From positions 25,606,001 through 25,670,000 of the forward strand of contig OZ076412.1 in the NCBI GenBank assembly GCA_964187785.1: 64,000 nucleotides of DNA. Reading direction: 5' to 3'. The stretch is from Amphiscolops sp. MND2022 (lineage: Eukaryota). A program made the translations under genes and the position numbers. Position 1 is the first letter of the stretch. Every line of letters begins with the position of its first letter. Positions 1 through 12,729 of this stretch are shown here, piece by piece. The notes below the pieces were generated by a model. That model worked only from the letters and a program-made list of their open reading frames with translations. It did not search any database and was not told the origin of the DNA.

Positions 1-779
1 TACTTCCTAACCCACCTAACCAACATGCCAAAACCACCACATTCTTTGTTTACTTAGTCAATAACTTCATTTTATGCTTTAAATGTCATTTATTTATCCA
101 ACATATTTCAACTGATATTTGCTTATATTTACTGTAGAATTGTAAACCATATGTATACCATTATTAGATAGAGATTTTCTCCACTGTATAGCTATAGTCA
201 AGTTGGGTCTCAGGACCGCGAGACTAATTAATCAACTTCTCAATCTTCACAACTTTTCGCTAGAGTCAGAGCGACTAAGTAGCTACTCTCATAGTTGGAG
301 AGCCGGAGCGCGTGAAGATACTGTGAGGGAAGTGTGTGCAGGATCACATCGGATCCAAATCAGTGCAAAGCGGAATCGCAGGAGATTCCACGGGTCACAT
401 CGGACCCACCAGTCAAAAGATACAGTCCTTTAAACAAGAAAACCAGGAATTGTTTAGTGACGGTCCACAGCACTAAGCAACGGATCAGGGCGGCGTAAAG
501 CTTGTCAAGCCTCAGCGCAGGATAAGGGCAAGCAGCCGTTACACCATCGTTGATTGCGTTAATTGCGCGTCAAGAGTTTCTCTATTTGTTTGCTTTAGTA
601 ATGGCGCGGCCTCGCTCGCGTTCTCGCTTTCCGCTCTCTTGCTTGTATCATTCTTGTCTGTGATTGGTTGCCGTGCGCCGTGCTATGCTTGTTGATTCGT
701 CAGTTTTGAGTTCTTTATTTCTGAAACGACATTATTAGTAAGCCGTTCATTCCATAATGTATTTGCCTTTATAGCATTA

Positions 780-2490
780 ACTGTTTGTGTTGTTGGATTT
801 CGGGAAAGGTAGTCAGCTATGCCTAATGTTCTCCCCGGTCTATGGATTACTTCGAATTCAAATGGTAGTAGGCGGTCTACACACCTTGTTATTCTACTTG
901 AATATGTTTTAGTTGCTTTTTTCTTTTTAGCACTGTTGCCAGTGTTTCATGGTCCGATATTATTTCGAATTGTAATCCGTATACGTAACGTCGAAAGTAT
1001 TCTACCGCCCAAAAAATTGCGAGCAATTCTAGTTTGTTTATTGAGTCCTTAGTTTCTAGATCAGCAAGAAATCGCGACGCGAAAGAAATAGCTTTCCATT
1101 CGTTATTTTCTTCTTGTTGCAGAACTGCTCCTAATCCTGCTTTAATTGAGTCGCAGACTATTCACAGCGGTCACTTTCTATTGAAGTGGTTTAACATTGT
1201 TGTTTTTTTGTTATTTATTTTGTTAGACGCGTTTCCTTGTTCTGTTGTCCAATACCATTCATTGTTTTTCATTAAAAGCGTTCTGAATGAAGCGCCGGGA
1301 AAAGATCTTGATTGTTTCAAATTTTGCGGTCGTCGTCTTCCGGAAATTCCTTGGACCTTACTGTTTATTGGCGCCGCTCCTTCTTGTGTTAGTTTGTATC
1401 CCACCAATTCTATGCTCTTCGCCGCGAATGTACATTTTTGCAATTTGAGACTATTGTTTGCTTCGTTCAGTCTCGTCAGGACTTCTTTTACCTTGAGCAT
1501 GTGCTCTTCCTCAGTTCCGTTTGTTACGACTAGTATGTCGTCAATGAAAGCAAAGGTGTTTGAGATACCTGCTAGTGTTAGAACCATTATTCTGTGGAAT
1601 TCCGTTGGCATTGTAGTCCGTAGAAAACCGTAAGAAATCGGTATCTTCCTGTTGCTTTGCCGCCCACAAATTGGAAACTGCACTGCCGTGCTGTATCCTT
1701 GCTCAGTTCTACTTGGCCGTAGGCGTACGTCATGTCCAGTGTTGTGTAGAAGTTTTGTCCCGTTTTTTTGCTACGTGTTCTGCAATCATATCCATAAAGT
1801 TATCTAAGTTGGGCATTGGGTATTTATCTTTTACCACGTTTCTGTTTAGTTCTCTTGTGCTGGTGCATTTTTTACGCTTCTGTCCTTTTTGACGGTAACT
1901 ACGGTGGGTTGCAGAACTACGTTTTCCTTAATTTCGTACACTTTCACGATGTGTCCCCCATTAGCAATCTGTTTACCTCTTGTTGTACTGCTTGTTGTAG
2001 TTGGATTGGTACGCGGCGTCCCTTCTGTTGTTTTAGCACTGTTCCTTCGTGGAGTTTTGCGTGTATTAGGCGATGTTTTATACGACCTTTTGGAAACGGG
2101 AAAGTTTTGGAAAATGTTCTTTAACAGCGATTTTCCACCTATCTTGTGATGTTTCGCCTCCTCTATTCATATTATTTTTAGTGTTTGACTTACCTCCTTT
2201 CTTTGGTTTAATAGAGTATTGGGATAGTTCAGCCAATCTCGCCCGTTGGTTAATTTTGCCCCAGATCTAGACACCAGTATTCTTGCTTTTCTGATGTACT
2301 TGTCGCCGACTTCTAGTTCGCAGAAGATGTACTCCAGTCGGTCTACCGGTCGTTTGTTAAAGTCGACCTTTTTTTCGTCTTTTGGTAATGGTCGCACAAA
2401 CAGTACATCATATGTAGTACATGATTGTAGTAATTTTTGGAGTTCATCGTTCCCAATGATGGCAACGGGGGATCCTGAATCGATCATCAA
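780..2490 (-). pseudogene. pol: Disrupted pol (protease-RT-RNase H) of Gypsy element 1
   Basis: DSG protease motif, FIDD RT motif, RNase H motifs. Many stops and frameshifts; RT N-terminus deleted. Confidence 0.85.
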
Positions 2491-2599
2491 ACAACCTTTT
2501 CTTGTTTACCTTTCCTTTTTCCTTTCAAGGAGAAGGTGAACCGTCTCCATCGATACCCAGTACATTTCCTTCTTCTTCTTGATCATCTGTGTTTTCTTG

Positions 2600-3480
2600 T
2601 TCATCATTTGCTTCTACTCAGTTTATTCGCCGCGATATAGTTGCTGTTCTTGGTCGTTTGTTTGTATTGTTCGGGTTAACTCTGCACACCTTTCCGAAGT
2701 GGCCCGTCATTCTACGTTTGTTGCAATGCTTTTCTTTCGCCTTGCATATATTTAAGTGTTCCATGGTAAAGTTCTCCATGACAAATCGTAGACAGTCCTT
2801 CGTTTTGCTTATAGCGCATACTGGTTCGACTTTGATTTGTGGTTTGGTCTCTCTATGTGATCCGATCGCTCCTTCTTCAAATGCTACTGCGAATGCTAGT
2901 GCTTCTTGTGGGGTTGCTTCTGGTACGGTACAAGGGTTTTCTTGTACTGTTTGGTTTTTCATGTTTAGTTTGAAAAAACCATGTACTAAACTTTCGGTTT
3001 GGTTTCCGAAGTCACATTCCGCCGCGAGCCCATTTAGTGAATGCCAGAATTGTTTTAGCGTTTCTGTCTGCGTTTATTTTCGTGATAAGAAGCGGACCTT
3101 GTCTAGTGTACAATTTCGTTTTGTGTCGAACGTTTCTTTGCAGTTTGTTAATCATTCCTGCCAGTGACATTTCTGCGATTTTTGCATTTAGATACTTGCC
3201 CATAACTGTCTTTCTCGCGGCTGCTCCCAGTGATAAATATAATACGTTCACAAATTTGCATTCTGCCACTGCGTGGTCCAAGTTATCTAGAAGGGCCTTG
3301 TTTCGGTCCGTCTCATTTGCCACGTGTCGTAACACTTCCGCTGTTGATTATGAGTGTTTTGCTGTCATCGCAACTGAGAATACGTAACTCCATTTCTTCC
3401 ATTCAACACTGGATTTTAAGTGTGGGTCGTGACAGTACGGGTGTAAACCCGCCACTACCGTTCCTCCCTCTTTTCTTTTT
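2600..3480 (-). pseudogene. gag: Frameshifted gag of Gypsy element 1
   Basis: ORF pieces 3012-3335 and 2618-2962 (ALAFAVAFEEG; Cys/His cluster near the end) lie upstream of the protease. Confidence 0.65.
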
Positions 3481-3689
3481 CGTCTTCATTATTGTTATGT
3501 CGCAGCGCCAAGTTAAAGGAAAACAATTGGGCTAACGAAAAAATCTTTAATTGACAGCAATATCTTTACGGTCTGTAGCAACTTGCTGCAATGATTAACC
3601 GCTCTATCACGGCGCCAGAAAATGTTGACAGGTATGTGATATTTACAACTTGATTTTCGTTAGCGCTTTTTCGTTATTTGATTGACAGA

Positions 3690-6600
3690 TGCTCTCTGCC
3701 ACACCTGACAGTTTATCTCACGGCCCGCGCTCACACAAAAGACTATGAGGAGCTGGGGTACCGCCTTCACACACGGACAAGCCATATTACGACAGTCATG
3801 ACGGCTGATACTGGTTGTCAATCTGTCCTAGTTGAATCAAAATATTCCACAGGCTGGGTGTAAAAAATCGGACCTCTGACCCATGAAAACACAAATATCG
3901 CCCGTGATTCATCCCAATTTTATGGGCAATTATTCTACGAATGTATGGAAAGTCGGGGTCCAGCAAAATGTTAGAGACAGCACAATGATGCTACGTGACC
4001 GACGTGATAGAAGGTGCATACTTGTGTCTGGAAGGCTTTACAACGCAGAGAATCATCCCGAGCGACTTCCCGCGTATCGGATCTGCCACTCAGCAACCAA
4101 TGTCAGTCAGTTCAGCTGCAGCAAGCCCACCCGATGAGGAATGCGGCTGCTTCTGCCCAATACGCACCAAGTCGTCACCATTACCAACTGCTCTACTATT
4201 CCTTGCAACCGATGGCCACCGGGCCGCTCTCCAGAAGTGGATACTAGAAAGATACCGATCCAGCAGTTTCAACACGTGCGATTGCTAAACACTCCCTCTA
4301 ATGGAGGGTCTGCCTTTGAAACTCCAAGTCGACCCCGAGGCCAAGCGGATCGCAGTCCACAAACCATTTCCAGGCCCTCTGCACTTGCAACGGGAGGTGA
4401 AGGCGTTTATCAACAGAGATGTCAAACTCGTGTCCTGGAAGCTGTCCCAGTGGGAGAACCGCCGGTTACTGGTGTCATCGAATGGTCACGTCTCGGAAGA
4501 AAAACGGCATGCCCCGACGCACAGTGGACATGCAGGTGCTCAACAAACATGCTGTCCGTGAAACACATCACACCCAATCCCCGTTTCATCAGGCAACGTT
4601 GGTACCTTCTGGGACCAAGAAGACTATCATCAGTTCTTGGAACGGGTATCACAGTGTGCCAATCCGAGATTGCCACCTCACCGCGTTCATCAAGCCGTGG
4701 GGTCGGTACCGATACAAAACTTATCCACGGGGCTACGTTGCGTCACAAGACGGATACACCAGAATATTCGACAAGTCTGTCGAGGACTTTTCCAACAAAT
4801 CCCATTGCATCGATGACATATGCTTATGGGCAGACACTCTCAAAGAAATTTTCTTTCAAACATGTCGTTTCTAGACATTTGCGGTCGACCCGGAATTATG
4901 CAGAAACCCAAACATTTGCAATTGGCTCCGACACGATGGAATTTGCTGGATTCGTAATCACTCCGACCAATATCCAGCCCAGTGACAAACACTACTGCGC
5001 AATCTGTGACTTCCCTAGGCCACAAAACATCACTGACATCCAATTTTGGTTCGGCCTCATCAACCAAGTGTGATACTGCGATTCCCTCCGCAACGACATG
5101 GCACTTTTCCGCGAGCATCTTAAGCCGTCGTCAACGTTCTATTGGAATCATCAGCTACTACAAGATTTTGAGCAATCCAAAGCTGCTATACTGCACAAAA
5201 TAACCGAGGGGGTCCGGATATTCAACTGCAAACGCGTCTCGCCACAGATTGGTCCAAGAAAGGCATCGGTTTCGGCTCTTGCAGAAGTACTGCACATATG
5301 AGGCAACACATCACTCGTATCTGTTGCTTAACGGGATGGACAGTGTTCGCCGGTAGCAGGATCGCACACCCAGAAGAACCAATATATGCTCATTTTGAAG
5401 CGCAGCATTGGCTGTGGTTTATGGATTGGAGTCCGCTAGCCACGCTACTGGGGGTCCTCAACAACCGGCATCTCGGCGATATCAAGAATGAACGACCATT
5501 GTCACTCAAGGTAAAGACGCTGCCATACCGCTTCTCTATCATCCTTATACCCGGACAGAAACAAAAGGCGCGAAAACAAACTCGAGAAAACACACTGGTG
5601 ATGCGAACAAAATTCCCCTGGATAGCGATTTCGAGGAGTCGGTTTCCATTGCTTGTATTGAACTGCGTCTCCGCCTTCCTGAGGCCTCCATAACGTGGGA
5701 ACCCGACACATCAGCTGATCTTGAAAAAAAGCTTGCCGTTGCTGCGGCCACAAATCTCGGCGACATCCGCGCCGTTACATGGGCCGAGGTCCGAGAACTT
5801 ACCCTACGCGATGAAAATCTACAAAATCTCCGCGAAACGATCGAACCCGGTTTCCAGGGCATTACCTAACGATTAGATCTTGCCCTGGGTGTACGGGAAT
5901 TCTTCCAAGTCAAGGATGGACTCAGCACAGTGGATGGGGTGATTCGTTACAACAACAGGAATGTTATCCCATCACCACTAAGAGAAGTAATCCTAACAGC
6001 ATTGCGGCATTGCAGGCGCACTATCTTCGGACGGCGGAATTGAATTTACGGCTGAGGAGACGCAACAATTGTTGCAAAGTGGGGTGTCCATCAACGCCCC
6101 TCATCTGTTGCACATGTCCATTCAAGCGGTCGCGCCGAGCTCGCCGTCGAGACCTGCAAGCGCATGCTCATGGACAACAATGACCCGAACAACGAGATCA
6201 ACCTCGACCAGTTTCAAAGAGACATGATTCAATTCCGCAACACCCCCAGTCGCGAGACTGGTTTTTTCCCAAATGAAAGACCGGCACAAATGATCTTTGG
6301 ACGACCCATAAAAGACTTCATCCCTGTTCTGCCCGGTTCGTACAGACATCACAACACCTGGATAGAAACATCGCGGGGGCAGGGAAGAGGTAATGCGTGT
6401 TGGAAACGTCGGAAATGCTGAACGCCCCACCGAACACACGGTACAGTTATAACCCCTTACAGTTGGCGACCGAGTCTTTATCCAAAAGCAAACAAGGTAA
6501 CCATCCACTACGATGGGATCGAACCGACCTAGTGATCGAGGTGAAACAGTTCGACCAGTGCGCCGTCAAAGTTGATGGCTCGGGCAGAGTTACTCTCCGG

Positions 6601-6950
6601 AAGCTGAAATTTCTACGGAAGTTTGACAAGATCGCTGTGGACCGCATACCTGGTACTACCCGCACCATCCAATTTTTGAAAACAACCAACAACGCCGAGA
6701 ATCTGTCTCCGACGAATCAACGAACCAACCGATCCAAGACCAGGCACAGCAAAGCTGGAAACTTTGCAACCGGAAACAAAGCGTCAAGTTTTGACTGATG
6801 CACAGTATACACAACGCCTTCCCCCCAGAAATACCGGCAGTTTTAATTGAAACCCCACCCAAGTTCAACTGCACTCCAAACGAGTCCCTAAGACATGAGA
6901 ACGAGCCTTTGCTGACACATCACCTCTACAAGATCACCCAACAAGGAGTA
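3690..6950 (+). mobile_element. pol: Degenerate 5'-truncated Ty3/Gypsy pol (PR-RT-RH-partial IN)
   Basis: TADTGCQS protease (~3790), RT WCHRMV..RRTVDMQVLN..CIDD (4419-4874), RNase H remnants (5200-5560), integrase C-terminal part AVETCKRMLMDN..FRNTP..AQMIFGRPIKD (6150-6620). Confidence 0.85.
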
Positions 6951-6985
6951 AAAGTGTTGTGATAAACTTAATGGAACTGGGTCAC

Positions 6986-7727
6986 CCGACAAGAGAGTTG
7001 TCCAATATGGCAAGACACATTTATCACCCACTGCTTAAACACAAAAATCAAAGTTTTGGAAAAATAACCTAGAAATCACTCAAAACAAAGAAAAACACTG
7101 CATGATTTTCACAACAACAAAAACATGAAAACTCACTGATTTAATTCTAACACCACCGGAATAACATCTGAAAATCACTAAATTTACCTGACAATTACTG
7201 GAAGAAGATCTAGAAGCACTGGAATAAGAACTACAACTTCAGGAATATCTAAAAGTCACAAGAAGTGCACCTAAAAATCACTGGATTTCCTCGATCTTCA
7301 AAAGAAATCTGGACGGGAATAATCTCTAAAGGGAATAAGATCTGAAATCACCAAATGTTAATCCCCCTTCTTGAAAATAGGATTCGAAGGGAATAAGATC
7401 AAAAATTTTAGAACTTATTCCCTTTGAAAACGTGTGGTTTTTTTTACAAAAATCTCATTACTTATACCATATTCCCTCCCGAAATCAAGATCAAGTCTAA
7501 AAAATTGCGTAAAGACATGGCAGAAGAATTATCATACGAATGTGACCATTTTCGAAACTCTTCATCGAAATTTTTATTTCTTAGATATTTTTCTATCTTC
7601 GTAAAATTCGATCATGGGATAATGATACATTTGGAAAGATCTAAGTAAGAATCTTGCCGGGGGATCCATGGTTGCCAAGATGTAGTAAAAATTTGGCAAG
7701 ATGTTGGTAAGTGGGTCAATCCGGAAA
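6986..7727. repeat. Unclassified interspersed repeat with short reiterated motifs
   Basis: Repeated AAATCACT and GGAATAAGATC words; local inverted pair AGGGAATAAG/CTTATTCCCT. No clear TSD. Confidence 0.35.
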
Positions 7728-7937
7728 GCTATGGTACCATATTTGCAGCCAAGTGGTCAAGTACTGGTGGACTTGATGCTGTGGTTTCGAAGTGACTTGC
7801 TCGATATCACAAACGTCTGACTGCTCACCGTTGCCCTTTTCATTTTTGCTTTTCTTCTCCAAATGCGTTATTTTTTGTCACTGACCATACCACTTAGCTA
7901 GAGATGAAGGCCTTTTTTAAGGCCCAACAATGGTGAG

Positions 7938-8045
7938 TTGAGAGATATTTGAACCTGATACCGACCCAGTATAGGCCGAATTCTTTAACCACTACACCAT
8001 GCAATAACCACTACACCATGCTCTAACCACTACACCATGCTCCCC
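7938..8045 (-). pseudogene. tRNA-derived (SINE-head-like) sequence with triplicated A box
   Basis: Minus strand has TGGTGTAGTGG (A box) three times at a 19-bp period (7986-8040) and GGTTCAAAT (B box-like). No complete cloverleaf. Confidence 0.6.
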
Positions 8046-8049
8046 GATC

Positions 8050-9600
8050 AAGGCTCCTTGGATAACCCTGGAACCAGCGTCGCAGAATCACGAAAAGTTG
8101 AGAAGTATGTAGTGAAAATCAATCTACTTCAAACATCTGCAATTGGTTATAAGTATTTAAACTCTTTGAAATTGAACGGGTGTTGTCAAGGTACAAAAAA
8201 ACATACGCGTGTTACTCCTGCCTCAAAGTCACTGCTTGATCACATAGTACATAATGATTGCTTGGTGTCATCAAAACCAATATTACAGACCATTATCCAA
8301 CTAATGTCTAATTGGATATAACAAAACGGTAATCCAATCTTTTTCAACAAACCAGGGCAACAATGCCATTTCTTCGAAACGGGTATCATCAAGAGGAATA
8401 CTTAAACTACTTAAGGCCTTGTCTGGAACTGTCAAATTTAGAACAGGTTGTCGATAGGTTAACTGAAAGTCTGGTTGATGCATTCACAACAGCTGTGAAC
8501 AATTTCACTTTCAAATAAAATATAAAATTTGCGAAATCATGTATGGTAGTACCAAAAAGAAAGTTTGGTAGTTTTCAACAGACTGTATAACTTCATGCAA
8601 GTAAACAATCTTTTCTAGAGTGGTCAATTCGGATTGAAATCAAAAATGAGTACATTGCAAGCACTAACCGACTAACGGAACTGATCCGGAATAACACCCA
8701 AGTTGATGTATCCTGTGTGCTATTAGATCTGAGAAAAGCTTTTGTTACAAAAAATCATGAAATCTTATCATTGAAACTGGATAGCTTTTCTGTGAGAGAT
8801 ATTTGTTTAGATTGGGTCAGGTCGTGTCTCAATGATCGTACCCAATGGGTTGCTAATAATCATCAGTATTCAAAAACACTAGCTGTTGAGTGTGGTGTAC
8901 CACAATGATCAATTCTAGGACCGCTTTTGCTTCTAACATACGTCAAAGACTTTCCCAGCTCTTGTGATGATATGGTACCATTCTTGAACGCAAGTGATAC
9001 TAACTGTTAAAATATTCAATCAAAAAATGCTACTTCGACATTTCAAGATGAGCATATACCGTCGTGGATGGAAAAAAATTGAGCTTTCATATTGAAAAGA
9101 CTGAGTTTGTGCACTTCTTGTGCTGTCGGGATAAAAGTGTGAAAAATGCAAATATAACTATTTCTCAAACCAAATCTGTGAAACATCTGGGCGTTCACCT
9201 AGATAAAAAACTGACCTTCGAAGCCCTTGTTCAAAGTGTACCTGGTAAAATGGCTAAACATGTATCAGTGATAATGCGGTTTAGGCATTTTTGTAAAAGT
9301 TCAATAGCGGTCAGATATTATAACAATTTCATCAAATAATATCACCCAATACGTGAGTAAGTATATGTACTGCGAGTTGTCTTTGTCAAAAATACTGCGA
9401 AATGCCTGTGTCGAAAATTGGAGATATCTGTCCGATGTGCTGTTCGAACGAAGACGTTTAAGAAATAATTATGATCTCAATGTTTGTGAACTTTTGAAAT
9501 ATGCTGTTCATTCAACGAGAGGCAAAATTGAAATTGATAGTAATTCAGCTATCGCCCCATTGCCAGTCTATCAAAACTGTACCTTTGCGTTAAAATATTA
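8050..9600 (+). mobile_element. Degenerate LINE (APE-RT type) remnant
   Basis: LLDHIVHND (endonuclease end), LLDLRKAF..GVPQ*SILGP (RT), KHLGVHLDKKLTF. Confidence 0.8.
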
Positions 9601-10030
9601 CTGGTCGCAAAGCTGTATCCAATTATTGTGGAGTCGCAATTTTTTAATAACCAACATGGCTTTTTGAAACGGAATTCTACATCAACTCAACTCCTCGTCC
9701 AGTTAAAACTTCTTCAGTACGCTTTTGAAAATAGAGAAGATATTCATACCTTGTATCTGGACTTTTCAAAAGCATTCGATAGAGTATGTCATCAAATACT
9801 TCTGAAAAAACTTTCGGTATTGGTTGTAACTTGTTGAAGTTGCTGAGTTCTTACCTCCAAAATCGAAGACAGTGGGTAATCGTCAATGACTATGCCTCTG
9901 AGTTTTAAAATATTACGAGTGGAGTCCCACAAGACTCAATTTTGGGGCCTATAATATTCATTATTTTCATTAATGATCTACCTGAATGCTGCACAAAGTC
10001 TCACGTTCTCATACTTGCATATGATACAAA

Positions 10031-10650
10031 GAGGCATATCATATAACCTTTCAACACCAAGACCCCATGGGTTTTAACCCCATGTCAAATGACTCTGTGG
10101 TCACAATATTTTGACCCTATGACACCATGAGGCATATCATATAACCCTTTGACCCCATGATCCCATGGGTTTTAACGCCATGTCAAAACACCCTGTGACC
10201 ACAAAAATTTGACCCTATGACGCCATACTGATTCGATATTCTACCCCCATGTTCATTTCAGTGTTGATCTTTGAATTATCAATATTAAACGTGCCTCGGA
10301 AATGTCGCCATTTCCTCTAAAGCCCCGCTGCCCCTTGGGGCCTTTATGTCCCCATCTTGCTAAGTGAGGTCGAACAGGAGCAAAGACATAGCGGGAACGG
10401 AGGACGCGAAGCGATCGTAGTGGAAGCTGGTCTTTGCAACGGTGAGGGCGAGTGTGCATACATCGAATATGACCCCACATTATTTTGCTTTAACTCAAAG
10501 ACCTTGATTTCTTCGTGATTTCGTCACCTATTTTCCATATATTTCCTTTAATTTTTCCATGGGTTCCTTTTTCACGGGTTCATAGGGTGCTCTTGGCCTC
10601 TATGGGGTCAGAGGGTTATTTTCCATAGTGTAATGGGGTCAAAGGGTCAA
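10031..10650. mobile_element. Foldback MITE M1 (GACCCC/GGGGTC arms) carrying core A
   Basis: Left arm has a ~99-bp direct repeat (10031-10226); right arm has the inverted motif. Right end is eroded and there is no clear TSD. Confidence 0.6.
10287..10481 (+). repeat. GC-rich core module A, copy 1
   Basis: ~195-bp sequence CGTGCCTCGG..GCGAAGCGATCGTAGTGG..CCCCACATT, seen 6 times in the window. Confidence 0.9.
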
Positions 10651-11012
10651 AAAACAAAACTCTGATCCAAAGATATCAAAGAAATGCCCTTATGAATTTC
10701 AAAGGATCTTCCTCGACTACATGGTTGAGCATTTGAAAAGAAAATGGTTTTTAACGCTGATAGAACAAAACTCATATGGTTCTCTTTGAAAAAGCCAGAT
10801 GTAAAAGTACAACCAAAGTTAGTCTTGGAGGATGAAAACGTTTCATTGACCTTCGAACCGGTCAAAGATCTTGGTATCGTTTTTGTTTCAACCCCTCTCT
10901 TGGACCCCCTACATTAATAAACGAATACATGATGCCTACGGCTGTTTTATCAATCTCTCAAAGCTTCTCTCAAGTCAGCAAAAAACTTTTGCCTACCAAA
11001 CTTACTTTCAAC

Positions 11013-11535
11013 GGTATAAAACCAGTTTGTAGAAAACCAGTTTGTAGAATCCAGTTGGTAAAAAAGTGAGGTTCGGAGAATTTTTTTCTACAAACTGGAC
11101 TCTACAAATTGGTTCTCTACAAACTGGTTAGGTCCAGTTTGTAGGAAACCAGTTTGTAGAATTCTGGAATTAAAAAAAAACAACGAGATCAATAATGTTG
11201 GAATGATGCAAAGTGTAAAGCGTTCCTCGGATATGTCTCCATTTCCTCTAGTGCCCCGCGGCGGGAACGGAGACCGCGAAGAGATCGCAGTGGGAGCTGG
11301 TCTTTGCGACGATGAGGGCGAGCGTGCATACACCGGATATGACCCACATTTCAGTTTTTAGATCTTATTTCTTTAATCTTAGGCGATGGACCTCTCCGGA
11401 TCTTGTGTGAAGGATATCCAGGTTGTAGAATTTGATGATCCAATTCGTAGAATTCAATAATTCAGTTTGTAGAAAAAAAGTTCTACAAACTAGACCACAT
11501 AGAATTCTACAAACTGGTATTCCACAAACTAGACC
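11013..11535. mobile_element. Foldback MITE M2 (CCAGTTTGTAGAA arms) carrying core A
   Basis: GG..CC termini, inverted arm motif, imperfect flanking duplication TACT(T)TCA. Confidence 0.7.
11217..11350 (+). repeat. Core module A, copy 2 (internal deletion)
   Basis: Same ends as copy 1; ~60 bp deleted at GCGG microhomology. Confidence 0.9.
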
Positions 11536-11642
11536 TACTTCATTTCTTATGAATGGCTCTCAAATCTGGCTCCCAAATTTGACAAATATTGAAAAACTCG
11601 AAAAAATTCAAAGCTATGTTTCCAGGTGGATGTCTCGTAAAA

Positions 11643-11996
11643 GGGTGGCTGTAAATAGGTCGAATTTTTCTGGTCGAAAGGACAAAGGTCCAACCTTTTG
11701 ATCGAATTGCAGGGATCCAATGGAATGCGGTCGCATTTTATCGTATGTGTTGTATGGCTCGGTCGCTTGGCCCCCTTCGCCAAGTAGCAACATTGGGGCA
11801 TGGCCATATGGCACGTCGCTCCGCTTCGCTTCGCTTCGCTCCTGCATTCAGGGCACTAGGGGTATGTGAACATATCTGACTACGTTTTAAAAATTTCGAT
11901 CCGAGTTGTTTCGATCCCATTCAAAAATTTGGTATGTCGACCTGATGACTAACTGTGATTTTCGATCCCGTTCCTTCGACCTATTTCCGCCCACCC
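11643..11996. mobile_element. Foldback MITE M3 carrying core B; 9-bp TSD
   Basis: TIR GGGTGGCTGTAAATAGGTCGAA / TTCGACCTATTTCCGCCCACCC. Flanks CTCGTAAAA and CTCGTAAGA. Confidence 0.8.
11743..11877 (-). repeat. GC-rich core module B, copy 1
   Basis: ~135 bp, near-identical to 32129-32257; contains GCTTCGC repeats. Confidence 0.9.
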
Positions 11997-12117
11997 CTCG
12001 TAAGACATCTTATGAAAGTCGTATGATTCATTCAAATCTATTGCCGATTTAGCTTTTGTTTCAGTCAGCTCTGATTTATTGTACTGACCCGAGTGTACGT
12101 CTTTGATCTAATTCATT

Positions 12118-12601
12118 GGGTCTAATGGAATTAGATCTAACTTTCAGATCCAATTTAGGTCTAACTTTAGGTCTAACTTTCAGATCTAATTTTCTCTAAA
12201 ATACTTAGTCTGGCCCCTTTATGATCTAATATGTGATCTGAAAGCGAAAATAAAATGTGGGGCATGTGCGATGTATGCACGCTCGCCCTCACCGTCGCAA
12301 AGACCAGCTCCCACTACGATCGCTTCGCGATCTCCGTTCCCGCTAGGTCTTTGCTCCTGTTTGACCTCGCTTAGCAAGATGGGAATTTAGGTGGCCCCAA
12401 GGGGCCGCGGGGCACTAGAGGAAATGGTGACATATCCGAGGCACGTTTTAAACTTTATATTACTTTTTAGTTTTAGATCCTCATTGACTTATTGTTTTTC
12501 TCAAATTAGATCAAATTAGAAGTTGATTTTTAGACCTATTATTTAGATCAATTTATTTAGATCTCAGTTTTGACCTCTCTTAGATCTATTTCATTAGACC
12601 T
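12118..12601. mobile_element. Foldback MITE M4 (GATCTAA/TTAGATC arms) carrying core A
   Basis: TIR GGGTCTAATGGAATTAGATCTAA / TTAGATCTATTTCATTAGACCT. TSD not convincing. Confidence 0.7.
12254..12448 (-). repeat. Core module A, copy 3
   Basis: Reverse complement of the copy 1 sequence. Confidence 0.9.
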
Positions 12602-12729
12602 GATTCCACGCACTTCACTCTGACATCATCTTCTTGCACTATATGATGAGTTCAAATTCCAGCTTGAACTTTGATGACCTGTTCGGTGTGAGAAAAGACA
12701 CGTTCAACTGTCAACTTCGTCCCACAACT

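Larger units (their letters stand above)
190..3620 (-). mobile_element. Degenerate Ty3/Gypsy LTR retrotransposon (gag-PR-RT-RH, no integrase core seen)
   Basis: Minus-strand remnants: protease MMIDSGSPV (2167-2490), RT AFIDDILV (1171-1683), RNase H CDSIKAGLGAVLQQ..ELLAIFWAVEYF..IADYLSRNP (~780-1170). PBS-like TGGCGCCGTGA at 3607-3617 next to a ..CA end. Confidence 0.85.

Noticed and set aside
203-433. ORF with SYSHSWRAGA resembling a tyrosine-recombinase HSxRxG motif (DIRS-like)
   Set aside because: It is antisense to the Gypsy remnant, has no other YR motifs or catalytic Tyr in position, and the ORF is short.
1034-6798. Long ORFs such as 1034-1633, 2589-3167 and 4141-5073
   Set aside because: They are antisense or off-frame shadows of retroelement coding sequence.
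10287-10481. Core A as a hammerhead, HDV-like ribozyme or group II intron domain V
   Set aside because: The required catalytic motifs and pairings were not found on either strand.
11013-11535. Periodic short repeats in MITE arms and HINE bodies resembling CRISPR arrays
   Set aside because: Eukaryotic context, irregular spacing, inverted arm arrangement, no cas genes.
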